A stretch of 32,000 nt of DNA from Propionibacterium freudenreichii subsp. freudenreichii. Lineage in GTDB: Bacteria; Actinomycetota; Actinomycetes; Propionibacteriales; Propionibacteriaceae. A program made the translations under genes and the position numbers. The first letter of the stretch is position 1, and each line of letters begins with the position of its first letter. Shown here piece by piece: positions 10,646 through 18,914 of this stretch. The stretch lies in NCBI RefSeq assembly GCF_000940845.1, contig NZ_CP010341.1, positions 2,160,001 to 2,192,000 of the forward strand. The letters run 5' to 3'. The notes under the pieces were generated by a model. That model was not told the origin of the DNA, made no database searches, and was given only the letters and a program-made list of their open reading frames with translations.

Positions 10646-12316
10646 GTGCCCACCCCCAGCACGGACCTCGCCCCGGGCGTCGTCGCCAGTGACTGGGGGT
10701 GGCGCTATGCGGGCCGCCAACGATGGGCCGCCCGCCACCTTGACTTCACCATCGAACCCGGCGAACGCGTGCTCCTCCTGGGCGCCAGCGGTGCCGGGAA
10801 GTCGACATTGCTGGGTGCCCTGACCGGGGTGCTCGGCGGCGACGACGAGGGCGAGGAGGCCGGCAGCCTGCTGGTGGGTGGCAAGCACCCCACCCGGATG
10901 CGCGGACATGTGGGCCTGGTGATGCAGGACCCCACCTCGCAGATGATCCTGCAGCGCATCGGCGACGATGCCGCCTTCGGGTGCGAAAACCTGGCAGTGC
11001 CCCGCGAACAGATCTGGCCCCGCGTGCGGGCCGCCCTCGACGCGGTGGACCTGCGCCTGCCCCTCGACCGCTCCACCACGGCGCTGTCGGGTGGCCAGCA
11101 GCAACGGCTGGCGATCGCCGGCGCCCTGGCCATGATGGGTGGGCCGGGCGCGCCGGGCATGCTCTGCCTCGACGAGCCCACCGCGAACCTCGACCCCGAG
11201 GGTGTCACGACGGTGCACGACGCGATCGCCTCGGTGGTCACCGACCGGCACACCACCCTGGTGGTGGTCGAGCACCGCGTGGACATCTGGACCGACCTGG
11301 TCGACCGCGTGATCGTCGTGTCGGCCGATGCTGGCCTGCTGGCCGACGGCGCGCCCCGGGAGGTCTTCGCCGCACAACGCGAGGTGCTCACCCGGGCGGG
11401 CGTCTGGGTGCCCGGCGCACCACGGGGCGTCGAACCACGCACGCCGCCGGCACCCGGCGAGCCCCTGCTCACCACACACGACCTCACCATCGGCCACGGC
11501 AGGGCGCATCCGGTGCGCACGATGGAACCAACGCAGGTTCCCGCCGGCCTGTCCACCACCATCGTGGGCCCCAATGGGGCCGGCAAGACGACGCTGGCAC
11601 TCACCCTGGCGGGGCTGCTCGAACCGCTCGCCGGCAGCGTCGAGGCGGCGCCATCGCTGCGTCCGACCTCCGCCAGGTTCCTGACCCGTGCCATGCACCG
11701 GCACTTCGATCCGGCGCGTCCGATCACCTGGGCAAGCCGCGACCTGCTGACCCGCATCGGCACGGTCTTCCAGAATCCCGAGCACCAGTTCGTCACCGGC
11801 TCGGTGCGCGAGGAACTGGCGGTCGGGCTCAAGGCGCTGGGCCGAGGGGCCCGTGACATCGATTCCAGGGTGGACGCGCTGTTGGCCCGGCTGCACCTGG
11901 AGTCGCTGGCCGACGCCAATCCCTTCACCCTGTCGGGTGGCGAGAAGCGGCGGCTGTCGGTCGGCACCGTGCTGGCCGCCGAGCCCCGGGTGATCGTGCT
12001 CGACGAGCCGACCTTCGGCCAGGACCGCGCCACGTGGATCGACCTCGTGCAGCTGGTGCAGGACGTGTTGGAGCAGGGACGCACCGTGATCTCGGTGACC
12101 CACGACCGCGACTACCTCGAGGTGCTGGGCGAGAACGAACTGCGACTCGACATTGCGTCGCCGCACCCGGCGTCGGCCAGCTCGCCCGCGGGTGGTCGGC
12201 CGGCTGGCCATGCGCCCGGCGAGCGTCGGCCCAAGGACCGTCAGCCCAGTGCCGATCAGCCCAGCGGCGAGCGACCCAGTGCCGACCAGCCCAGCGACCA
12301 TCGGATGGCACCATGA
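10646..12316 (+). CDS. ECF transporter duplicated ATPase (two ABC domains in one chain), YkoD-like
   Basis: Two full ABC modules are present. Module 1 has GASGAGKST, LSGGQQQRLAIAGAL, LCLDEPTANLD and VVEHR. Module 2 has GPNGAGKTT, LSGGEKRRLSVGTVL, IVLDEPTFGQD and SVTHD. Start taken at GTG 10646, after the S-component stop; the track ORF start 10442 overlaps that gene. The C-terminal tail is low complexity (PSADQPS twice). Confidence 0.9.
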   Translation: MPTPSTDLAPGVVASDWGWRYAGRQRWAARHLDFTIEPGERVLLLGASGAGKSTLLGALTGVLGGDDEGEEAGSLLVGGKHPTRMRGHVGLVMQDPTSQMILQRIGDDAAFGCENLAVPREQIWPRVRAALDAVDLRLPLDRSTTALSGGQQQRLAIAGALAMMGGPGAPGMLCLDEPTANLDPEGVTTVHDAIASVVTDRHTTLVVVEHRVDIWTDLVDRVIVVSADAGLLADGAPREVFAAQREVLTRAGVWVPGAPRGVEPRTPPAPGEPLLTTHDLTIGHGRAHPVRTMEPTQVPAGLSTTIVGPNGAGKTTLALTLAGLLEPLAGSVEAAPSLRPTSARFLTRAMHRHFDPARPITWASRDLLTRIGTVFQNPEHQFVTGSVREELAVGLKALGRGARDIDSRVDALLARLHLESLADANPFTLSGGEKRRLSVGTVLAAEPRVIVLDEPTFGQDRATWIDLVQLVQDVLEQGRTVISVTHDRDYLEVLGENELRLDIASPHPASASSPAGGRPAGHAPGERRPKDRQPSADQPSGERPSADQPSDHRMAP

Positions 12317-13140
12317 CCGCACTCCCCCACGCCCCACTGACCGGCACCGACCAGTCCGGGGCGTCCGGCGCCGACTGGTCGGGAGCGCTGGCCCGGCTCA
12401 ACCCGGTGACGCGCCTGCTACTCACCGTGCTGGTGGCCATCCCCGTGTTGATCAGCCTCGACTGGCTGAGCGCCACGGTGATCTTCGTCGGCGAGCTGGT
12501 GGTGTTCCTCGCCTGTGGCGTGCGGGCGCGGATGCTGGCACGGCGAATGATCCCGCTGCTCATCGTCGCGCCGCTGGCGGCCATCAGCATGGCCCTGTAC
12601 GGCAAGCCCGGCGGCGATGTGTACTTCCAGTGGTGGCTCGTGGTGATCTCGCAACGGTCGTTGACGATGGCGATTGCCGTGGTGCTGCGCATCTTTGCGC
12701 TCGGCCTTGCCGCGCTGGTGCTGATGGGTGGCCTCGACCTCACCGCCACCGCCGACGGGCTGGCGCAGATCTGCCACCTGCCGGCGCGCTTCGTGCTGGG
12801 CACGTTGGCCGGCATGCGCATGATCAACCTGTTCGCCGCCGATTGGCGCACCATGGCCCAGGCGCGCAGGGCACGCGGCCTGGGCGACGCCGGACGGCTG
12901 CGCCGCTTCGCGACGATGGCCTTCGCACTGTTGGTGTTCGCGATCCGGCGCGGCACGAAGCTCGCCACGGCCATGGAGGCCCGTGGCTTCGACGCCAGCA
13001 CCGCCGCACACCGCACCTGGGCGCGTCCCTCGCGCATGGGACGGGCCGACGCCGTCGGCTGGTTGGTGGCCGTGGTGATGGTGGCGCTGGCCCTGGCGGT
13101 GTCGATCAGGCTGGGCACCTTCACCCCGGTCACCCGCTGA
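12313..13140 (+). CDS. ECF transporter transmembrane (T) component, EcfT/CbiQ/YkoC-like
   Basis: The ATG at 12313 overlaps the ATPase stop (ATGA). The 275-aa polytopic protein carries the C-terminal ARG-type coupling motifs (MAQARRARGL, AMEARGF) typical of EcfT/CbiQ. Confidence 0.85.
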   Translation: MTALPHAPLTGTDQSGASGADWSGALARLNPVTRLLLTVLVAIPVLISLDWLSATVIFVGELVVFLACGVRARMLARRMIPLLIVAPLAAISMALYGKPGGDVYFQWWLVVISQRSLTMAIAVVLRIFALGLAALVLMGGLDLTATADGLAQICHLPARFVLGTLAGMRMINLFAADWRTMAQARRARGLGDAGRLRRFATMAFALLVFAIRRGTKLATAMEARGFDASTAAHRTWARPSRMGRADAVGWLVAVVMVALALAVSIRLGTFTPVTR

Positions 13141-13150
13141 GGGGGCGTCC

Positions 13151-13732
13151 ATGGCCACGGATATGACGCTGCCCGACGACCTCGACCGGCTGGTGGATCG
13201 CCTGGTGCGTGACGCGCGGGGACGCCGGCCAGTCATGGTGCTCGACGGCGGATCGGGCGCGGGCAAGACCCGGCTGGCGACGCGCCTGGTGGGCGCGCTG
13301 GGGGAACGCGGGATGCACGGCGTGCAGCTGGTGAGCATGGACAGCTTCTACCCGGGCTGGGATGGCCTGCAGGCCGCCAGCACGATGCTGCCCGAGGTGT
13401 TGCGCGTGCACGATCCGGGCTATTGGCGCTGGGACTGGCAGGCCGGGCGACGCACCGACCGGGTGGGCCTCGATGGCGACGCGCCGATCCTGGTGGAGGG
13501 CTGCGGCGCCCTCACCGCGTTCAGTGCCGGGGTGGGCACCACGGCGATGTGGTTCGTGATGGACGCGGCACGCCGCAAGCAGCGCGCGCTGGGACGCGAC
13601 GGCGAGCTGTATGCACCCCATTGGGACCGCTGGGCGGCCCAGGAGCGTCAACACTGGCGCCGGGACCGTCCCCGCGAGCTGGCCGACGTCGTCCTGCACG
13701 ACGCCGGGCAGGTGGACGCCGGGGCCGTCTGA
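13151..13732 (+). CDS. P-loop nucleoside/nucleotide kinase-family protein (uridine-kinase-like)
   Basis: 193 aa. Walker A is LDGGSGAGKT. The following LVSMDSFYPGW resembles the Udk DSFY motif, ILVEGCGAL resembles the Udk VEG motif, and ARRKQRALGRDG is lid-like. It starts 10 nt after the T-component stop and is followed by the strong hairpin at 13757. Confidence 0.6.
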   Translation: MATDMTLPDDLDRLVDRLVRDARGRRPVMVLDGGSGAGKTRLATRLVGALGERGMHGVQLVSMDSFYPGWDGLQAASTMLPEVLRVHDPGYWRWDWQAGRRTDRVGLDGDAPILVEGCGALTAFSAGVGTTAMWFVMDAARRKQRALGRDGELYAPHWDRWAAQERQHWRRDRPRELADVVLHDAGQVDAGAV

Positions 13733-13756
13733 TCCTGGACCGACGCCTGCTCCCGG

Positions 13757-13804
13757 GATAGGTGTGGATTTAGCACCGTAGACGGTGCTAAATCCACACC
13801 TATC
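13757..13804 (+). terminator. Perfect 23-bp-arm inverted repeat; likely intrinsic terminator of the riboswitch-ECF-kinase operon
   Basis: Sequence is gataggtgtggatttagcaccgt-ag-acggtgctaaatccacacctatc, followed by ttctttccc. The arms are perfectly complementary and visibly AT-richer than the surrounding DNA. Confidence 0.7.
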
Positions 13805-13885
13805 TTCTTTCCCAGGGGCTGCCCAGCCCCTGTGGCGCGGGACCGGGCGCGACGCCATCGATGCCCGCGGCCCTAGGCTGGCCCC

Positions 13886-14641
13886 ATGGCAGTCCTCGAA
13901 CTGGCGGGCCTCACCCTGGGCGGTCCACACACGGCAATCATCGTGCCCCTCACCGGCGCAGACCCCGGAGCGGTGCAGGCGCAGGCCGAGATGGCCTCGC
14001 AACCCGCGGTTGACCTGGTCGAATGGCGGGTGGACGCCTTCGCGCCGGGCGCCGATGACGCCCTGCTCGCCGACACCGCACGCCACATCCGCACCACCAC
14101 CGGCAAGCCATTGCTGGCCACCGTGCGCACGGGCAGCGAGGGCGGTCACTTCACCGGATCACCCGAGGACTACGCACGCCTGGTGGCCACCCTGGCCGGC
14201 CTCGACGACGTCGACGCGGTGGACGTGGAGTACCGCCATCCCGCCGCCCCCGAGACGATCGCGTCCGCCCATCGGGCCGGCACCGCGGTGATCGGCTCCT
14301 TCCACGACTTCGCCGGCACGCCCTCCCTCGACGCAATGGTCGCCCACCTGGAGGCCATGGAGCAGGCCGGCGCGCAGCTGTGCAAGCTCGCCGTGATGCC
14401 CCACAACCCGGAGGACACCGCCCGCCTGCTGTTGGCCACCGCCACCCGCTCGCGCGACGCCCACACCCCCCTGCTGACCATCGCGATGGGACGCCTGGGG
14501 CTGGCCAGCCGGCTGTGCGGGCACGACTTCGGCTCCTGCGCCAGCTTCGCGGCCCTCGACGACCACGGCTCGGCCCCCGGCCAGCTGCCCCTGGATGACC
14601 TCGCGCAGGCGTTGTCGATCGTGCGGCACGCCGAGCGATGA
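13886..14641 (+). CDS. aroD: Type I 3-dehydroquinate dehydratase
   Basis: 251 aa. Segments IIVPLTG, DLVEWRVD, LLATVRT..EGG, VDVEY, IGSFHDF..TP, CKLAVMP (Schiff-base Lys) and LLTIAMG..G..SR follow the type I DHQase pattern. Confidence 0.9.
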   Translation: MAVLELAGLTLGGPHTAIIVPLTGADPGAVQAQAEMASQPAVDLVEWRVDAFAPGADDALLADTARHIRTTTGKPLLATVRTGSEGGHFTGSPEDYARLVATLAGLDDVDAVDVEYRHPAAPETIASAHRAGTAVIGSFHDFAGTPSLDAMVAHLEAMEQAGAQLCKLAVMPHNPEDTARLLLATATRSRDAHTPLLTIAMGRLGLASRLCGHDFGSCASFAALDDHGSAPGQLPLDDLAQALSIVRHAER

Positions 14642-15324
14642 GCATCCCGACACCCCCACAGGGCTGGCGCTCCCAGGCCCGCCTGCTGCCCATGCTGCTG
14701 TGGCTGAACATGGCCGTGCAGCTGTTGGCCGGCGCGATGTGCCTGCTACTGGCCACCCGGGTGGACACCCCCACTGACTCCGTCGACGACCCGGGCCTGC
14801 GCATGTTCGACGCCTGGCAGCTGCTGACCACCGCCACCGGGCTGGTCTTCATGCTCACCGCCATCGTCTGGCTGGTCTGGCAACGCGGCACCGCCCGCAT
14901 GGCGCTGCGCTGGGCCCCGGAGCTGTCACAGCCGGCCTGGCAGCTGTTCAACTGGGTGATCCCGCTGATCAACCTGTGGCGTCCGCTGGTCGACCTGCGG
15001 GCGCTGCACCGGGTGTTCACCATCGTGCGCAAGGACGAGATGGCCGCCGACGGCATCCGCGGATCCATCGAACTGGCGCAGGTGCGCCTCGACGACTTCC
15101 GCGCCGCCACCACGCGCTGGTGGGCCTGCTGGATCACCTTCGCCACCGCGCAACTGGTGGCCGCCTGGATCGTGGCCGGCGCCTCGGGCACGACGGGGGC
15201 CCGCGCCGGATTCATCGCCAGCGGCATCGCCGACCTGCTGGCGCTGCCCGCCGCATTCCTGGCCACCCGGGTGGCGTCGGAGCTCACCGGCCGGGTGGCG
15301 GACGCCGCCGGCCTGCGGGCCTGA
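14638..15324 (+). CDS. DUF4328-domain membrane protein
   Basis: 228 aa. The ATG overlaps the aroD stop (ATGA). It has several transmembrane helices and the conserved WQLFNWVIPLINLWRPLVDLRAL segment characteristic of DUF4328. Confidence 0.65.
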   Translation: MSIPTPPQGWRSQARLLPMLLWLNMAVQLLAGAMCLLLATRVDTPTDSVDDPGLRMFDAWQLLTTATGLVFMLTAIVWLVWQRGTARMALRWAPELSQPAWQLFNWVIPLINLWRPLVDLRALHRVFTIVRKDEMAADGIRGSIELAQVRLDDFRAATTRWWACWITFATAQLVAAWIVAGASGTTGARAGFIASGIADLLALPAAFLATRVASELTGRVADAAGLRA

Positions 15325-15389
15325 GCACGCCGGTCCCGGTGCACGCAGTCACCTGAACCAGTGTTACCCGCCACATTCCCGACATGACG

Positions 15390-15431
15390 CAGGAGGGGCC
15401 GCACATCCTGTGGGATGTGCGGCCCCTCCTG
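15390..15431. terminator. Bidirectional intrinsic terminator hairpin between convergent genes
   Basis: caggaggggccgcacatcc-tgtg-ggatgtgcggcccctcctg forms a perfect 19-bp stem with a 4-nt loop. It lies between the DUF4328 stop (15324) and the clpC stop (15475). A T-containing tract (actctgcttctgcgtttcc) lies on the plus-strand side. Confidence 0.75.
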
Positions 15432-15453
15432 ACTCTGCTTCTGCGTTTCCTAC

Positions 15454-15492
15454 GAAGCGCTGGGCGCCGTGCCCTTATGAAGCGCTGGGCGC
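15454..15492. repeat. 14-nt direct repeat gaagcgctgggcgc (two copies, 25-bp period) spanning the clpC stop codon
   Basis: Copy at 15479-15492 encodes the last clpC codons (..APSAS). The identical copy at 15454-15467 lies just 3-prime of the stop. Confidence 0.7.
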
Positions 15493-18051
15493 TTGCGGCT
15501 CAGCCGGACCGGCGTCTCCGCCAGTGCTTCCCGCACCTGTCAGCTGTGCGAACTCCGAGTCGGTCACCTCGTCGTGCTTCGGCATCCCCTTGAAGGTGAA
15601 CGCCTCCGTCGACTTCTTGGTGGCACCCTCAGCCACGTCGACCAGCACGATCGAACCGGCCTTGAGGTCGCCGTAGAGGATCTTCTCCGAGATCGGGTCC
15701 TCGATGTCGCGCTGGATCGCACGACGCAGGGGACGAGCACCGAGCACCGGGTCGAAGCCGCGCTTGCCCACCAGTTCACGAGCAGCGGGCGTCAGCTCGA
15801 TACCCATGTCGCGGTCGCCAAGGCGATTCTCGATCTGGCCAACCATGAGGTCGACGATGTGCAGGATGTCGTCCTGCGACAGCTGGTGGAACACCACCAC
15901 TTCGTCAACGCGGTTGAGGAACTCGGGGCGGAAGTGCTGCTTCAGCTCCTCGCTCACCTTCGACTTCATCTGCTCGTAGCTGTTCTCGGTGTCGCCGGTC
16001 TTCGAGAACCCGAGGTTGACGCCACGACTGATGTCGCGCGAACCAAGGTTCGTGGTCATGACGATCACGGTGTTCTTGAAGTCGACCACACGACCCTGGG
16101 CGTCGGTCAGGCGACCTTCATCCAGAATCTGCAGCAGCGAGTTGAAGATATCGGGGTGTGCCTTCTCGATCTCGTCGAACAGGATCACGCTGAACGGCTT
16201 GCGGCGCACCTTCTCGGTGAGCTGGCCACCCTCTTCGTAGCCGACGTATCCGGGCGGCGAGCCGAACATACGGCTGGCCGTGTGCTTCTCGGAGTACTCC
16301 GACATGTCCAGGGTGATCAGCGCATCCTCGTCGCCGAACAGGAACTCGGTGAGCGCCTTGGTGAGCTCGGTCTTGCCGACGCCGGACGGGCCGGCGAAGA
16401 TGAACGAGCCACTGGGACGGTTCGGGTCCTTCAGGCCGGCACGAGTACGCCGGATCGAACGGGAGATGGCCTTGACGGCCTCGTCCTGCCCGATGTAGCG
16501 CTTGTGGATCTCGTCCTCCATGTTGAGCAGGCGCTGCGACTCCTCCTCGGTGAGGCGTGCCACCGGCACACCCGTCGAGCTGGACAGCACCTCGGCGATC
16601 TCCTCCTCGCCCACGACGGCGGGCGTATCGGACTCGCCTTCGCGCCAGGCAGTCTCCTTCTCGGCACGCGCGGCGGTGAGCTTGCGCTCGTCGTCACGCA
16701 GCTTGGCAGCGGCCTCGAAGTCCTGATGGTCGATCGCGGCCTCCTTCTCTGCACGGTTGGCGGCGATCTTGTCGTCGAACTCGCGCAGGTCCGGCGGCGC
16801 AGTCATGCGCGCGATGCGCATGCGTGCACCGGCCTCGTCGATCAGGTCGATGGCCTTGTCAGGCAGGAACCGATCCTGGATGTAGCGGTCGGCCAGGTTG
16901 GCGCCCGCGCTCAGGGCCTCGTCGGTGATGGTGACGCGGTGGTGGGCCTCGTAACGATCACGCAGCCCCTTGAGGATCTCGATCGTCAGCTGCACCGAGG
17001 GCTCATCCACCTGGATGGGCTGGAAACGACGCTCAAGGGCGGCGTCCTTCTCGATGTGCTTGCGATATTCATCCAGCGTGGTGGCACCGATGGTCTGCAG
17101 CTCGCCACGAGCAAGCATCGGCTTGAGGATGCTTGCCGCGTCGATGGCGCCCTCGGCGGCACCGGCACCCACCAGGGTGTGCAGCTCGTCGATGAACAGC
17201 ATCACGTCGCCACGGGTCTTGATCTCCTTGAGCACCTTCTTGAAGCGCTCTTCGAAGTCGCCACGGTAACGGGAGCCGGCAACCAGCGCACCCAGGTCAA
17301 GGGTGTAGATCTGCTTGTCACGCAGGGTTTCGGGAACATCTCCGCGCACGATCGCCTGGGCCAGGCCCTCGACCACGGCAGTCTTGCCGACGCCGGGTTC
17401 GCCGATCAGCACGGGGTTGTTCTTCGTGCGACGGCTCAGCACCGTCATCACGCGCTCGACTTCCTTCTGACGACCGATCACGGGGTCGAGCTTGTTATCG
17501 CGGGCAGCCTGGGTGAGATTGCGTCCGAACTGGTCAAGCGCACCATTGTTCGTGCTGGTGCCGGGGCCCATTTCGGGAGCGCCAGCGGTAGCCGGCTGGC
17601 CACCGCCTTCTTCCTGGTAGCCCGAGAGCAACTGCAGCACGGTGGTGCGGACGCGATTGAGGTCAGCCCCAAGCTTGATGAGCACCTGGGCAGCCACGCC
17701 TTCACCCTCGCGGATGAGGCCCAGCAGAATGTGCTCGGTGCCGATATATGAATGGTTCATCTGCAACGCCTCGCGCAGCGAGTACTCAAGCACCTTCTTG
17801 GCGCGGGGCGTGAACGGAATGTGACCGGTGGGCGGGGTGGAGCCCTGGCCGATGATCTCGATGACCTGTTCGCGAACAGCCTCCAGCGAGATGCCCATCT
17901 GCTCCAGAGCCTTCGCCGCGACGCCTTCACCTTCGTGGATGAGGCCCAACAGGATGTGCTCGGTGCCGATGTAGTTGTGATTCAGCATCTTCGCTTCGTC
18001 CTGGGCCAGCACGATGACGCGGCGCGCGCGGTCGGTAAAGCGTTCAAACAT
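15475..18051 (-). CDS. clpC: ATP-dependent Clp protease ATP-binding subunit ClpC (ClpC1 type)
   Basis: 858 aa. It has a duplicated N-terminal Clp repeat ([20 protein letters not shown]...), two AAA+ modules (GEPGVGKTA; GPSGVGKTE) and a UVR-like linker. AGGAGA lies upstream of ATG 18051. Confidence 0.97.
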   Translation of the reverse strand: MFERFTDRARRVIVLAQDEAKMLNHNYIGTEHILLGLIHEGEGVAAKALEQMGISLEAVREQVIEIIGQGSTPPTGHIPFTPRAKKVLEYSLREALQMNHSYIGTEHILLGLIREGEGVAAQVLIKLGADLNRVRTTVLQLLSGYQEEGGGQPATAGAPEMGPGTSTNNGALDQFGRNLTQAARDNKLDPVIGRQKEVERVMTVLSRRTKNNPVLIGEPGVGKTAVVEGLAQAIVRGDVPETLRDKQIYTLDLGALVAGSRYRGDFEERFKKVLKEIKTRGDVMLFIDELHTLVGAGAAEGAIDAASILKPMLARGELQTIGATTLDEYRKHIEKDAALERRFQPIQVDEPSVQLTIEILKGLRDRYEAHHRVTITDEALSAGANLADRYIQDRFLPDKAIDLIDEAGARMRIARMTAPPDLREFDDKIAANRAEKEAAIDHQDFEAAAKLRDDERKLTAARAEKETAWREGESDTPAVVGEEEIAEVLSSSTGVPVARLTEEESQRLLNMEDEIHKRYIGQDEAVKAISRSIRRTRAGLKDPNRPSGSFIFAGPSGVGKTELTKALTEFLFGDEDALITLDMSEYSEKHTASRMFGSPPGYVGYEEGGQLTEKVRRKPFSVILFDEIEKAHPDIFNSLLQILDEGRLTDAQGRVVDFKNTVIVMTTNLGSRDISRGVNLGFSKTGDTENSYEQMKSKVSEELKQHFRPEFLNRVDEVVVFHQLSQDDILHIVDLMVGQIENRLGDRDMGIELTPAARELVGKRGFDPVLGARPLRRAIQRDIEDPISEKILYGDLKAGSIVLVDVAEGATKKSTEAFTFKGMPKHDEVTDSEFAQLTGAGSTGGDAGPAEPQAPSAS

Positions 18052-18335
18052 TGGTCTCCTTCAGCGGGCCTGCCGGCCCTCCAAGAGTGCCGGACCCCTC
18101 AACCCGGTTGGGCTGAGTCTCCCGGACTCATGTTTCAATTCTACAAACCCTCAGGTAATCGGATCTGTTCCCGTCGTTCGCCGCTGCTCAACCTGAGCGA
18201 CGTACGCTCATGTTGCAAACCTACTGCCTGGATCCACGGTGGTGGACGACCTGCCCAGCGTGCCGGACGGCTCGTGGTGGACAACCCGGCGCCGTGGCGC
18301 GTCGTCAACAGCCCGACGCCCCCGGCGCTTCGTAG

Positions 18336-18387
18336 GCAACGCCGTTCTCAAGCAACACCATTCTCAAGCAACGCCGTTCTCAAGCAA
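18336..18387. repeat. 16-bp tandem repeat gcaacRccRttctcaa, 3.4 copies
   Basis: Units are gcaacgccgttctcaa, gcaacaccattctcaa and gcaacgccgttctcaa, then a partial gcaacac that runs straight into the palindrome. Each full unit contains a small AACGnCGTT dyad. Confidence 0.85.
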
Positions 18388-18409
18388 CACTGTGCCACGT
18401 GGCACAGTG
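18388..18409. repeat. 22-bp perfect palindrome CACTGTGCCACGTGGCACAGTG
   Basis: Self-complementary over all 22 nt and centred on CACGTG. It is flanked on both sides by direct-repeat arrays, about 340 bp upstream of the clpC start. Confidence 0.9.
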
Positions 18410-18418
18410 GGTCGCTCC

Positions 18419-18478
18419 CTGTCCCGCAAACCACTGTCCCGCAAACCACTGTCCGACAAACCGCTGTCCCGACACCGC
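18419..18478. repeat. 15-bp tandem repeat ctgtcccgcaaacca, 4 copies (2 perfect, 2 degenerate)
   Basis: Units are ctgtcccgcaaacca, ctgtcccgcaaacca, ctgtccgacaaaccg and ctgtcccgacaccgc. Read on the clpC (minus) strand this gives four copies of a G(G/C)GGACAG core. Confidence 0.85.
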
Positions 18479-18914
18479 ACACCAACCGTGGCAGCCGGCC
18501 CCCGGTGGGGATCAGCCCTCGCGGGATCGATCGGCGCCCCGGGGATGGGGCTGGTGGAATGACGGCTGGCGCCCGATAACGACTGGACGACTTGCCACGT
18601 ATCAACACCGCGGGGCCCCGGGATGTTCCCCGGCGTTCCCCCGGTATTCCCGCGCGACGCCCGCAGGGCTGCCGCGGGGTGCGCGGGGGTCCGAGTAACG
18701 GAGCCAGGGACAGCACAGCGGGGCCGGCGCGGACATTGTCCACACCGACCCCGCTGCACACGCTCCTGGACTGGGCCAGTGGGCGAACTCGGCCCGTTGC
18801 GCTCAGCCCTGCTGACCTGCCGCCACTCCCTGATGGGGGCGGACAGCGTGCGCCAGCGTCCCGGGTTCCCGAGCAGCTGCGACCTTGTTACCTAGCGCGC
18901 TGATACGTGGTGCG

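Noticed and set aside
10559-12337. 592-aa and 459-aa minus-strand ORFs antisense to the ECF ATPase (also 11925-13133)
   Set aside because: The plus strand carries two complete ABC motif sets. The antisense translations are low-complexity Arg/Gly/Pro strings.
15493-17751. 752-aa plus-strand ORF antisense to clpC
   Set aside because: Same reasoning. ClpC on the minus strand is unambiguous, and the antisense product has no motif and a skewed composition.
18120-18330. ClgR-type operator upstream of clpC
   Set aside because: I could not find a convincing CGC-n5-GCG-type dyad by eye. Only a TAGAAT -10-like hexamer at 18143-18138 (minus strand) is noted, with low confidence.
18336-18478. Possible CRISPR array
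   Set aside because: The repeats are only 15-16 bp and directly abutting, with no unique spacers. No cas genes are nearby. They are tandem repeats, not a CRISPR array.
18348-18761. 137-aa and 131-aa minus-strand ORFs (and the plus-strand ORFs 18239-18562 and 18399-18698) in the lsr2-clpC spacer as real genes
   Set aside because: Their translations are Arg/Gly/Pro-rich, lack motifs and SD-linked starts, and run through tandem repeats. I treat the spacer as non-coding.
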